Positions 23,909 through 32,419 of a DNA stretch of 33,189 bases are shown here, one piece after another. The position numbers were made by a program, and so were the translations under genes. Origin of the DNA: an uncultured Rhabdothermincola sp. (lineage in GTDB: Bacteria; Actinomycetota; Acidimicrobiia; Acidimicrobiales; Acidimicrobilacustridaceae); the NCBI GenBank assembly GCA_964399375.1, contig CAYNQN010000006.1:1-33189 (forward strand). The letters run 5' to 3'. Each line of letters opens with the position of its first letter. The stretch's first letter is position 1. The notes beneath the pieces were generated by a model that was not told the origin of the DNA, searched no databases, and saw nothing but the letters and a program-made list of their open reading frames with translations.

Positions 23909-24679
23909 ATGGTCCGACCTGCCGCCCAGCTCCGCAGCCACCTGGAAGGAACCGTCTTCGCCGACCATCTCGACGGCGACGGCGGCCTCGTGCTGGCCCT
24001 GCACGGGTGGGGAAGGGACCGCACCGACCTGGCCACCGTGGTGGAGGGCCGGCGGGCCATCTGCGTGGACCTGCCGGGCTTCGGCTCCTCTCCCCCGCCG
24101 CCGGAGCCCTGGGGCTCGGCCGACTACGCCACCGCCATGGCACGGCTCCTGGACGAGGCCGGTGAGCGGAGCGCTCTGGTGGTGGGCCACAGCTTCGGCG
24201 GGAGGGTGGCGGTGTGCCTGGCCGCCTCCCGGCCAGACCTGGTGCGTGGGGTCGTGTTGGCGGGGGTGCCCCTGCTCCGACTGGGCCCCGTCCCCCGGCC
24301 GTCGCGCTGGTTCCGGTTCGTGCGCTGGGCCAACCGGGTGCACCTGGTTCCCGACGCCACGATGGAGCGGCTGCGCCGCAAGCGGGGCTCGGCCGACTAC
24401 AACGCAGCCACCGGCGTGATGCGCCAGGTGCTGGTGAAGGCGGTCGGCGAGACCTACGAGACCGAGCTGGCGGCGATCGCCGCAGCGACGCCCGTGGGCT
24501 TCTGCTGGGGCGAGCTCGACACGGCCTCTCCTCCCGAGGTCGCCCGCCGAGCTGCGGGGATGGTGGGCAACTGCGCCGAGCTGGACGTGGTGGCAGGTGC
24601 CGGCCACGACGTGCACCGCGACGCTCCCGAATCCTTCCGCTCGGTCCTGGACGCCACCGAGCAGGCGGTGGGCTCGTGA
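23909..24679 (+). CDS. Alpha/beta-fold hydrolase (256 aa)
   Basis: It has the oxyanion-region LALHGWG, the nucleophile elbow GHSFGG, and a C-terminal GAGHDVH (catalytic His region). The stop overlaps the next gene's GTG start (GTGA at 24676-24679). Confidence 0.85.
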   Translation: MVRPAAQLRSHLEGTVFADHLDGDGGLVLALHGWGRDRTDLATVVEGRRAICVDLPGFGSSPPPPEPWGSADYATAMARLLDEAGERSALVVGHSFGGRVAVCLAASRPDLVRGVVLAGVPLLRLGPVPRPSRWFRFVRWANRVHLVPDATMERLRRKRGSADYNAATGVMRQVLVKAVGETYETELAAIAAATPVGFCWGELDTASPPEVARRAAGMVGNCAELDVVAGAGHDVHRDAPESFRSVLDATEQAVGS

Positions 24680-26229
24680 TCGCCTTGCAGCTCCTTGCCG
24701 TGGTCGCAGGTGTGGCTGCCGCTGGAGTGGGCGTGGCGCGATGGCTTCGGGTCGCACAGCGCGAGCACTACCTGGCGGGCTCGTGCTCCACGGTCCTCTG
24801 GCGCTGGGTGCGGCGACGCCCGCCCAACATCGCCATCGACGTGGTCGCCACCCTGGGAGCTGTCGCCTCGGTCGTGCTCGCCATCGCTGGCCCACGGGCG
24901 GTGGCGGCCGTGGTCGTGCTCGCCTCGGCCCTGGTCGTGGCGACCTTTCCCTTTCCCATGCCGGTGCTGGGAAGGAGCTCGCGGCTGGTGCTCACCCGCC
25001 GGGCCCGGGTGCTCGGGCTCGTCACGCTCCTGCTGGTGGCGCTCGTGTGCCTCCTCGCGTGGATCCTGGGGGCAGGCCTGGCCGGGCCGGTGGTGGCCGC
25101 CCTGGCCATGCCGGCCCTCGTCGACACGGCGGCCGGCATCACAGCGCCCTTCGAGCGGCGTTCCATGGAGCGCCACCGGCGCAGGGCGCAAGCCCGCCTC
25201 GAGGCCGTGGGTCCCCGAGTGGTGGCAGTGACAGGAAGCTGGGGGAAGACCTCGACCAAGAACCACCTGCGTGACCTGCTGGCGGGGTCGGTGGAGGTGG
25301 TCGCCTCGCCCGCTTCGTGGAACAACACCGGCGGGCTCTCACGCACCATCAACGAGCACGTCGGTGACTCCACCGAGGTCCTGGTGGCCGAGATGGGCAT
25401 GTACGGGCCGGGAGAGATCGCCGAGCTGTGCTCGTGGATCCACCCCGAGGTGTCGGTCATCTGCGCCGTGGGGCCCATGCACCTGGAGCGGGTCGGCTCG
25501 ATGGAGGCGATCGTGGCCGCAAAGGCCGAGATCGCCGAGGGGGCCAGGGCCGTGGTGCTCTGGGTCGACCACGCCCCCCTCGCCGAGCTGGCGGCGCGCC
25601 TGCCGGGCTCACAAGAGCTGTGGAGGGTGGGGACCGCCGGCACCTCGGACGACCTGGACGTGTCGGTTCGCACCGACGAGTCGGGCACCGTGCACATCTC
25701 GCACCGGGGAGCCGAAGTGGGCTCCTACCCCGCCGGCTCGGGAGTGCACCCGGGCAACGCCGCCTGCGCGGTGGCGGCTGCCCTGGCCATGGGCCTGCCC
25801 GCGAGCGCCGTCGGCCCACGCGTCGCCCATCTCTCTAACCCCGCCCACCGCAGCGCCGCCGGTGTCTCCGAGCGGGGCGTGTGGGTGCTCGACGACACCT
25901 TCAACTCCAACCCCGTGGGGGCGAGGGCGGCAGTGGGTGCGCTGGCATCGGCCGTGCCTACCGGCAGGCGCGCCGTGGTGACCCCCGGGATGGTGGAGCT
26001 GGGGCCGATGCAGCACGAGGCAAACCGCGAGCTGGCCGCCCAGGTCTTGAGCAGCGGCGCCACGCTCGTGGTGGTGGGTTGGACCAACCGCACCGCGCTG
26101 CTGGAAGGCGCCGGGGGACACGCTGTGAAGGTCGCCACCCGGGAGGCCGCCCGCGACTGGGTGCGAGCCAACCTCGGCGAGGGCGACGGGGTGCTCTGGG
26201 AGAACGACCTCCCCGACCACTACCCCTGA
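24676..26229 (+). CDS. Mur-ligase family protein, MurF-like central and C-terminal domains fused to an N-terminal polytopic membrane domain (517 aa)
   Basis: Frame of ORF 24214..26229, with the start at GTG 24676. The first ~165 aa contain 4-5 hydrophobic helices (for example IALQLLAVVAGVAAAGVGVA, VLGLVTLLLVALVCLLAWILG). These are followed by the Mur ligase P-loop VAVTGSWGKTSTKNHL, EMGMYGPGEI, GPMHLERVGS, and the MurF-type C-domain motif LDDTFNSNP. No soluble UDP-binding N-domain is evident. Confidence 0.8.
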   Translation: MIALQLLAVVAGVAAAGVGVARWLRVAQREHYLAGSCSTVLWRWVRRRPPNIAIDVVATLGAVASVVLAIAGPRAVAAVVVLASALVVATFPFPMPVLGRSSRLVLTRRARVLGLVTLLLVALVCLLAWILGAGLAGPVVAALAMPALVDTAAGITAPFERRSMERHRRRAQARLEAVGPRVVAVTGSWGKTSTKNHLRDLLAGSVEVVASPASWNNTGGLSRTINEHVGDSTEVLVAEMGMYGPGEIAELCSWIHPEVSVICAVGPMHLERVGSMEAIVAAKAEIAEGARAVVLWVDHAPLAELAARLPGSQELWRVGTAGTSDDLDVSVRTDESGTVHISHRGAEVGSYPAGSGVHPGNAACAVAAALAMGLPASAVGPRVAHLSNPAHRSAAGVSERGVWVLDDTFNSNPVGARAAVGALASAVPTGRRAVVTPGMVELGPMQHEANRELAAQVLSSGATLVVVGWTNRTALLEGAGGHAVKVATREAARDWVRANLGEGDGVLWENDLPDHYP

Positions 26230-26314
26230 GATAGAACCAGCACCTGTGCCGGGCCCGCCCACGTCGCCGCCCGGGCGCCGGCGGCGCAGGGCCGCACAGC
26301 TAGGCTCGCCGGCC

Positions 26315-27427
26315 ATGAGCGCCGTCGCCGTGGTCTTCGGAGGGCCGTCACCCGAGCACGACATCAGCATCCTCACGGGCCTCCAGGCCGCCCGTGCCCT
26401 GGCCGACGGCGGCACCCAGGTCGCCTGCCTCTACTGGACCAAGACCGCCGAGTGGCTCCAGGTTCCCGTAGGTTCCGAGGCCTCGTCCTTCCTGGAGCCG
26501 ACGCCTCCCGGCTCTTCCCCCATCGACCTGTCGGTTCCCGGAGGCTTCCAGGAGCGCAAGCGCCTGCGAGGAGCCAGCCCACTCGACGTGGAGGTGGTGC
26601 TCAACTGCTGCCACGGAGGGCCCGGCGAGGACGGCACGCTCGCAGGCCTGCTGATGCTGGCGGGCTACAAGGTGAGCGGGCCCAACCCGGAAGCCAGCGC
26701 CCTGGCCATGGACAAGCTGGCCACCACCGCCCTGGCCGCCGACGCGGGCATCCCCGTGATCCAGACGGTGGCGCTCACCGAAGACCTGGAGAAGCTGGAG
26801 ATCCAGGCGCCGTGGGTCGTGAAGCCCCGCTTCGGAGGCTCGTCCATCGGCGTGGAGGCGGGCGTGTCCGACCTGGAGACGGCCCGGGCGCTGGGGCGCA
26901 CCGGCGCCGGCCGGGCCGGGATGATCGCGCAGCCGTTCCTGGAGGGATGGGCCGACCTCAACGTGGCCGTGCGCACATTTCCCGAGCTTTCCGTGTCTGC
27001 CATAGAGCGGCCCTTGCGGGAAGGTGCCGGCGTGTACGACTACGCGGGCAAGTACCTGCGGGGCGGCGGAGGCGCGGTGGGCATGGAGGCCGCTCCCCGG
27101 GAGCTGCCAGCGAACATCCCGGACACGATCTCAGAGCAGATCCGGCAGCACGCCTCGACGTTGGTGCGCACCGGGGGGCTCACCGGGGCCGTGCGGGTGG
27201 ACTTCCTCTGGGATGGCGACGACGCCCTGGTGCTCTGCGAGGTCAACTCCATCCCGGGTGCCTGGGGCGCTTACCTCTGGCAGGCCGTGGGCGTGCCCCG
27301 CGGCCAACTCCTGAACGACCTGGTAGCAGAGGCAGCCGCGGGTGCGACCCGCAGGCCGCAGTGGTCGGCCACAAGCGACGGAGCCGCCCTCCGGGCCGCC
27401 GGCTCCGTGGCCAGCAAGCTCGCCTGA
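26315..27427 (+). CDS. ddl: D-alanine--D-alanine ligase family ATP-grasp enzyme (370 aa)
   Basis: Frame of ORF 26246..27427, trimmed to ATG 26315 (MSAVAVVFGGPSPEHDISILTG, a canonical Ddl N-terminus). It has CHGGPGEDGTLAGLLMLAG, VVKPRFGGSSIGV, the omega-loop region VYDYAGKYL followed by an inserted RGGGGAVGMEAA, and CEVNSIPG. Confidence 0.85.
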   Translation: MSAVAVVFGGPSPEHDISILTGLQAARALADGGTQVACLYWTKTAEWLQVPVGSEASSFLEPTPPGSSPIDLSVPGGFQERKRLRGASPLDVEVVLNCCHGGPGEDGTLAGLLMLAGYKVSGPNPEASALAMDKLATTALAADAGIPVIQTVALTEDLEKLEIQAPWVVKPRFGGSSIGVEAGVSDLETARALGRTGAGRAGMIAQPFLEGWADLNVAVRTFPELSVSAIERPLREGAGVYDYAGKYLRGGGGAVGMEAAPRELPANIPDTISEQIRQHASTLVRTGGLTGAVRVDFLWDGDDALVLCEVNSIPGAWGAYLWQAVGVPRGQLLNDLVAEAAAGATRRPQWSATSDGAALRAAGSVASKLA

Positions 27428-27506
27428 CACCACCCTCGGCCGAGAGGCGCCGAGGTTTCAGAGAGCCGGGCGGGTGAGCGTCACAGGCCGGGGGCAGAAT
27501 GGGGCG

Positions 27507-30500
27507 ATGCCGTCGGTCGCCCAGCCCCCCGCCCCGCCCCTGGAGACCGGCGGCGCCTCGGGCTCGTCGTTCGATGCCCTGGCGACCTTCCACCCGGCCG
27601 TGCGGGAGTGGTTCCGGCGGCGCTTCCCCCACGGGCCGACCGAGCCGCAAGCCCAGGGCTGGCCCCTGATCGCCGAAGGCCGCGACGTGCTCATCGCCGC
27701 CCCGACGGGATCGGGCAAGACGCTCGCCGGCTTCCTGGTGGCGATCGACGCCCTCTACCACGCCCACGAACGAGGGGAGGATGTCACCACGACCACCCGC
27801 GTGGTCTACGTGTCGCCCCTGAAGGCCCTCGCAGTGGACGTGGCCGAGAACCTGCAACGACCGCTCGCCGAGATCGCGGAAGTGGCCGCCGAGCTCGGCC
27901 TCGCCGCCCCGGAGCTGCGCGTCGCCGTGCGCACCGGCGACACCACCAGCTCGCAGCGAGCCTCCATGGTGCGCAGGCCCCCCAGCTTCGTGGTGACCAC
28001 GCCGGAGTCCCTCTACCTGCTGGTCACCAGCGAGCGGGGTCGCCAGGCCCTGCGTACGACCCGCACGGTCATCGTCGACGAGGTCCACGCCACGGCGCGC
28101 GACAAGAGGGGCTCCCACCTCGCCGTCACCCTGGAGCGCCTGGAGGAGCTCTGCGACGAGCGACCTGCGCGGGTGGGCCTGTCGGCCACCCAGCGGCCCA
28201 TAGAGGCGATCGGCCGGCTCCTGGTGGGAGAGCGCCCGCTTCCCGCCATCGTCGACGCCGGCCACCAGCGCACGCTCGACCTGGCGCTCGAGCTGCCCGA
28301 CGGCGAGCTGGAAGCGGTGACCTCAGCCGAGCAGATGGCCGACGTGCTCGACCAGATCGCCGCTCTGGTCCGCGAGCACCACACCACCCTCGTCTTCGTG
28401 AACACCAGGCGGATGGCCGAGCGTCTGGCCCACCAGCTGGCAGAGCGCCTGGGCGACGACGACCGCCCGGGCCAAGAGGTGGTGGCCGCCCACCACGGGA
28501 GCCTCTCCAGGGATCGGCGCCACCGGGTGGAGGCACGCCTGCGGAACGGGCAGCTCAAGGCCCTGGTGGCCACGGCCTCCCTCGAGCTGGGCATCGACAT
28601 CGGGCCCGTCGACCTGGTGTGCCAGATCGGCTCCCCCCGCAGCATCGCCACCTTCCTGCAGCGGGTCGGCCGCTCCAACCACAGCCGCTCCGGAATCCCC
28701 AAGGGCCGCCTCTACCCGCTCACCCGCGACGAGCTGGTGGAGTGCACCGCCCTGCTCGCAGCGGTGAGGGCCGGGCGCCTGGACGCCGTGACAATGCCCA
28801 CGGCACCTCTCGACATAGCGGCACAGCAGGTCGTGGCCGAGGTGGCCGCCAGGGAGTGGCGCACCGACGACCTCTTCGCTCTCCTGCGCCGTTCGGCGCC
28901 CTACGCAGACATGAGCCGGGCCGACTTCGACGACGTGATCGACCTCGTGAGCCAGGGGATCCGGACGGGCCGGGGCGAGCGGGGCCGCTACATCCACCAC
29001 GACTCGGTGAACGGCGAGCTGAGGGCCCGTGGTCACGCCCGTATCGCCTCGGCCACCTCCGGCGGAGCCATCCCCGAGACGGGTGATTACAAGGTGGTGG
29101 CAGAGCCCGACGACACCTTCGTGGGCACCGTCAACGAGGACTGGGCCGTCGAGTCGATGGCGGGCGACATCTTCCTGCTGGGAACCCACTCGTGGCAGAT
29201 CCGCAAGGTGGAGCCTGGTGTGGTGCGCGTGCGCGACGCGGGCGACGCCGCCCCCACCATCCCCTTCTGGCTGGGAGAGGGCCCCAGCCGCACTCCCGAG
29301 CTCTCCGAGGAGGTCTCCGAGCTCCGCCGCGTGGTCTCCGAGCACCTGGAGGCGGGCGATCCCGACGGAGCGCGGGCCTGGCTGGTGGAGGTGGCCGGCG
29401 TCAGCGAGCTGGCCGCGGCCCTGGTGGTCGACTACCTCGCCGTGGGCAAGGCCGCCCTGGGAGCTCTGCCCACGCAGGAGCGCCTGATCTTCGAGCGCTT
29501 CTTCGACGAGACGGGCGGGATGCAGCTGGTGGTCCACTCGCCCAACGGGGCGCGCATCAACCGGGCTCTGGGCCTGGCCCTGCGCAAGAAGTTCTGCCGC
29601 ACTTTCAACTTCGAGCTGCAGGCCGCAGCCAGCGACGACGCCATCGTGCTCTCGCTCGGCCCGCACCACAGCTTCCCGCTCGACGAGGTGCCCGGCTACG
29701 TGCGGTCCTCCAACGCGGAGGAGACCCTGGCCCAGGCGGTTCTCGACTCGCCCATGTTCCAGTCGCGCTGGCGCTGGAACCTCAACCGCTCGCTCATGGT
29801 GCCCCGATTCCGCAACGGGCGGCGCAACCCCCCTCCCATCCAGCGGATGGAGTCCGACGACCTGATGGCGGCCGTGTTCCCGCAGGCCGCCGCCTGCCAG
29901 GAGAACATCACCGGGCCGATCGAGATCCCCGACCACGTGCTGGTGCGCCAGACCATCCACGACACCCTCCACGAGGCGCTCGACACCGATGGCCTCAAGG
30001 AGCTGCTCGGCCGCGTGGAGGATGGCGAGGTGGAGCTGGTGTTCTGCGAGACCACCGAGCCCTCGGTGCTCGCCCACGAGATCCTCACCGCCCGCCCCTA
30101 CGCCTTCCTCGACGACGAGGGCGAGGTGCAGAACAGGCGCACCAGTGCCGTGCAGCTGCGCAGGGGCCTCTCGGTGGACCTCAGCTCCATCGGGGCGCTC
30201 GACCCCGGCGCGATCGAGACCGTCCACGAGGAGATCACGCCCAACCCGCGCTCCGCCGACGACCTCCACGACCTGCTCTCGTCCCTGGTCATCACCGCGC
30301 CCCGGCCCGACTGGGCCGAGCTGTGGGGTCAGCTGGCCTCCCGCGGCCGGGTGCGGGAGATCGAGCACCTGGGTAGCCCGCTGTGGGCCACCACCGAGAG
30401 CGCCGGCCTGGCCGAGGCCGCCCTGGCCGGCGAGGACGAGGCGGTGGTGGCCGCCGTGCGCGGCCACCTGGAGATCGCCGGCATCACCACCGTGGAGCGC

Positions 30501-31823
30501 CTGGCCGCCTCCAGCGCCCTGGCCGAGGGTCGTGTCCGGTCGGGGCTCGCCGCCCTCGAGGCAGAGGGCTTCGCCCTCCAGGGCCACTACACGAGCGACG
30601 ACATCGGCGACGACACCACCCAATACATCTCGCGGCGGTTGCTGGCCAGGATGCACTCGTACTCGCGGCGGGTACGCCGCCAGCGGACCGAGCCGGTGAC
30701 GGCGCAGGACTTCATGCGCTTCCTGCTGCGCTGGCAGCACGTGGCGCCGGGCACGCAGCTGTTCGGCCCTCAGGGGGCCATGGCCGCCGTGGAGCAGCTG
30801 CAGGGCTTCGAGGCCGCCGCCGTGGCGTGGGAGCCCGAGCTGCTGGCCCGGAGGGTCCGGCGCTACGAGCCCGCCTGGCTCGACGAGCTCTGCCACGAGG
30901 GAGCGGTGGCTTGGCTCAGGCTCACTCCGAAGACCGCCGTCGCGGAGGGCGGCCCCGCGGCCTCCCCATCGAAGGCCACGCCCATCTCCGTGGTGGCCCG
31001 CGACGACCTGGGGTGGCTGCTGACCGCCGCCCGGTCGCACTCGCAGCCGGCAGAGCCAACCGTCGGCGCCACCGCCGAGGTGGTGGAGGTGCTGCGCCAG
31101 CGGGGCGCTTGCTTCGCCGGCGACCTCACTGCGGCCACGCGCCGCCTGCCCGACGACGTGACCCGGGGCCTGTGGGACGGTGTCGCACGAGGCCTGGTGA
31201 TGTGCGACGGGTTCGGCGCCATCCGCGCCCGGGTGTCGGGCCCCCAGGCACGGCCCTCCCGCAGTCGCTTCTCGCGCCTTCGGCGAGCGGGCTCGCAGCG
31301 AGGCTCGGCCGCCGGTCGCTGGTCTGCCGTGCCCGACGGGCCCATCGGGCACGGCAGGCACGACTCCTCACTCGCGGACGACCTCGACGACGAGGGTGGC
31401 GACTTCGACCCCGACGAGCTGGCCGAGGCCGTCGCCGAGCAGCTCCTCGCACGCTGGGGCGTGCTGTTCCGCGACCTCGCCGTGCACGACTCCATGGGCA
31501 TGCGCTGGCGCGACCTCCAGTGGGCACTGAGGCGCCTGGAAGACCGCGGGCTGGTGAGGGGCGGGCGCTTCGTCTCGGGCTTCGGCGGCGAGCAGTACGC
31601 GCTTGCCGAGGCCGCCGAGCAGCTGGAGCACACCCGGAAGCGACCCCGCGACGGCGAGCGCGTCACCGTGAACGCCACCGATCCACTCAACCTGGCCGGG
31701 GTGCTGCTCCCCGGGCCGCGGGTCCCCTCGGTGCGCACCAACCAGGTGACCTACCTCGACGGCGTGCCCGAGGCTCCCGAGCACCGTCGGGATGCCTCGC
31801 ACGGCCTCGCCGACACCGCCTGA
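27507..31823 (+). CDS. lhr: ATP-dependent DNA helicase Lhr (large helicase-related, 1438 aa)
   Basis: Frame of ORF 27342..31823, with the start at ATG 27507. It has FHPAVREWFRRRF, motif I APTGSGKTL, motif II VIVDEVH, the Lhr-core signature regions (SATQRP, HHGSLSRDRR, LELGIDIG) and a long C-terminal domain. The size is typical of full-length actinobacterial Lhr. Confidence 0.92.
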   Translation: MPSVAQPPAPPLETGGASGSSFDALATFHPAVREWFRRRFPHGPTEPQAQGWPLIAEGRDVLIAAPTGSGKTLAGFLVAIDALYHAHERGEDVTTTTRVVYVSPLKALAVDVAENLQRPLAEIAEVAAELGLAAPELRVAVRTGDTTSSQRASMVRRPPSFVVTTPESLYLLVTSERGRQALRTTRTVIVDEVHATARDKRGSHLAVTLERLEELCDERPARVGLSATQRPIEAIGRLLVGERPLPAIVDAGHQRTLDLALELPDGELEAVTSAEQMADVLDQIAALVREHHTTLVFVNTRRMAERLAHQLAERLGDDDRPGQEVVAAHHGSLSRDRRHRVEARLRNGQLKALVATASLELGIDIGPVDLVCQIGSPRSIATFLQRVGRSNHSRSGIPKGRLYPLTRDELVECTALLAAVRAGRLDAVTMPTAPLDIAAQQVVAEVAAREWRTDDLFALLRRSAPYADMSRADFDDVIDLVSQGIRTGRGERGRYIHHDSVNGELRARGHARIASATSGGAIPETGDYKVVAEPDDTFVGTVNEDWAVESMAGDIFLLGTHSWQIRKVEPGVVRVRDAGDAAPTIPFWLGEGPSRTPELSEEVSELRRVVSEHLEAGDPDGARAWLVEVAGVSELAAALVVDYLAVGKAALGALPTQERLIFERFFDETGGMQLVVHSPNGARINRALGLALRKKFCRTFNFELQAAASDDAIVLSLGPHHSFPLDEVPGYVRSSNAEETLAQAVLDSPMFQSRWRWNLNRSLMVPRFRNGRRNPPPIQRMESDDLMAAVFPQAAACQENITGPIEIPDHVLVRQTIHDTLHEALDTDGLKELLGRVEDGEVELVFCETTEPSVLAHEILTARPYAFLDDEGEVQNRRTSAVQLRRGLSVDLSSIGALDPGAIETVHEEITPNPRSADDLHDLLSSLVITAPRPDWAELWGQLASRGRVREIEHLGSPLWATTESAGLAEAALAGEDEAVVAAVRGHLEIAGITTVERLAASSALAEGRVRSGLAALEAEGFALQGHYTSDDIGDDTTQYISRRLLARMHSYSRRVRRQRTEPVTAQDFMRFLLRWQHVAPGTQLFGPQGAMAAVEQLQGFEAAAVAWEPELLARRVRRYEPAWLDELCHEGAVAWLRLTPKTAVAEGGPAASPSKATPISVVARDDLGWLLTAARSHSQPAEPTVGATAEVVEVLRQRGACFAGDLTAATRRLPDDVTRGLWDGVARGLVMCDGFGAIRARVSGPQARPSRSRFSRLRRAGSQRGSAAGRWSAVPDGPIGHGRHDSSLADDLDDEGGDFDPDELAEAVAEQLLARWGVLFRDLAVHDSMGMRWRDLQWALRRLEDRGLVRGGRFVSGFGGEQYALAEAAEQLEHTRKRPRDGERVTVNATDPLNLAGVLLPGPRVPSVRTNQVTYLDGVPEAPEHRRDASHGLADTA

Positions 31824-31844
31824 CGCGACCTGCTCGGCCACCGA

Positions 31845-31866
31845 GCACCGGGATGGAAACCGGTGC
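31845..31866 (+). terminator. Short hairpin after lhr
   Basis: GCACCGG (31845-31851) pairs with CCGGTGC (31860-31866), with an 8-nt loop, 22 nt after the lhr stop. There is no clear U-tract. Confidence 0.3.
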
Positions 31867-31915
31867 GTGCGGTGTTGGGATGGTGTGAGCCGACACGAGA
31901 CCACGGAGGTGGGTC

Positions 31916-32383
31916 ATGGAGGTCAAGGAGCTGGGGCACCTGGTGCTCTACGTGCGCGACATCGAGCGCTCCTCCCGCTTCTACCGCGACGTCCTCGGAT
32001 GGCGGCAGATCCTTCCCGACGGCGAGTCTCCCCTGCGCATGCCGGTTGCGGCCTTCTCGGCCCCGTCCGGGCGCACGCACCACGAGCTGCTGCTCATCGA
32101 GGTGGGCGAGGGCGCCGCATCCCAGCCCGCAGGGCGCCGGGTGGGCCTCTACCACTTCGGCCTGAAGATCGGCGACAGCGACGACGACCTGCGCGAGGCG
32201 GTCAACAGGCTCCGCGAAGCCGGTGTGCCCATAGCGGGCGCGAGCGACCACACGGTCACCCACAGCCTCTACATCGCCGACCCCGACGGGAACGAGATAG
32301 AGCTCTACGTGGACGTGCCCGGGGTCGACTGGGAGTCCGATCCCGCCCTCATAGGCGCTCCCATCAAGCCCCTGCGCCTCTGA
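31916..32383 (+). CDS. VOC-family protein (glyoxalase / bleomycin-resistance / extradiol dioxygenase fold, 155 aa)
   Basis: LGHLVLYVRDIERSSRFYRDVLGW, HHELLLIE, GLYHFGLKI and HSLYIADPDGNEIELYVD are typical VOC beta-alpha-beta-beta-beta modules carrying metal-ligand His/Glu. A GGAGG RBS precedes the start. Confidence 0.85.
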   Translation: MEVKELGHLVLYVRDIERSSRFYRDVLGWRQILPDGESPLRMPVAAFSAPSGRTHHELLLIEVGEGAASQPAGRRVGLYHFGLKIGDSDDDLREAVNRLREAGVPIAGASDHTVTHSLYIADPDGNEIELYVDVPGVDWESDPALIGAPIKPLRL

Positions 32384-32399
32384 TGCCAAGAGGTTGGCA
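32384..32399. terminator. Small hairpin between convergent genes
   Basis: TGCCAA-GAGG-TTGGCA lies immediately after the VOC stop codon. The stem is 6 bp and the loop 4 nt. Confidence 0.3.
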
Positions 32400-32419
32400 C
32401 TCGAACGGAGTCGCGCAGG

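Noticed and set aside
19719-27427. Possible genomic island integrated next to the tRNA-Arg/His/Lys cluster (MMPL, ParA-like, hydrolase and ligase genes). The same idea was considered for tRNA-Pro to tRNA-Gly, which flank the globin gene.
   Set aside because: There is no integrase, recombinase or transposase. I could spot no direct repeat of a tRNA 3' end downstream. There is no visible shift in GC content or codon style. I scanned for repeats by eye only, so a short att repeat could have been missed.
28323-31361. Very long antisense or out-of-frame ORFs. Examples: 1012 aa at 28323..31361(-), 616 aa at 17815..19665(-), 604 aa at 22246..24060(-), 488 aa at 3845..5311(-), 436 aa at 6476..7786(+), 410 aa at 20139..21371(-), and 492 aa at 27608..29086(+).
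   Set aside because: Their translations are Arg/Gly/Pro/Ala/His-rich and low in complexity, with no recognisable motifs. Each lies opposite to, or out of frame with, a gene carrying strong family signatures. Long stop-free shadow ORFs are expected in very GC-rich DNA.
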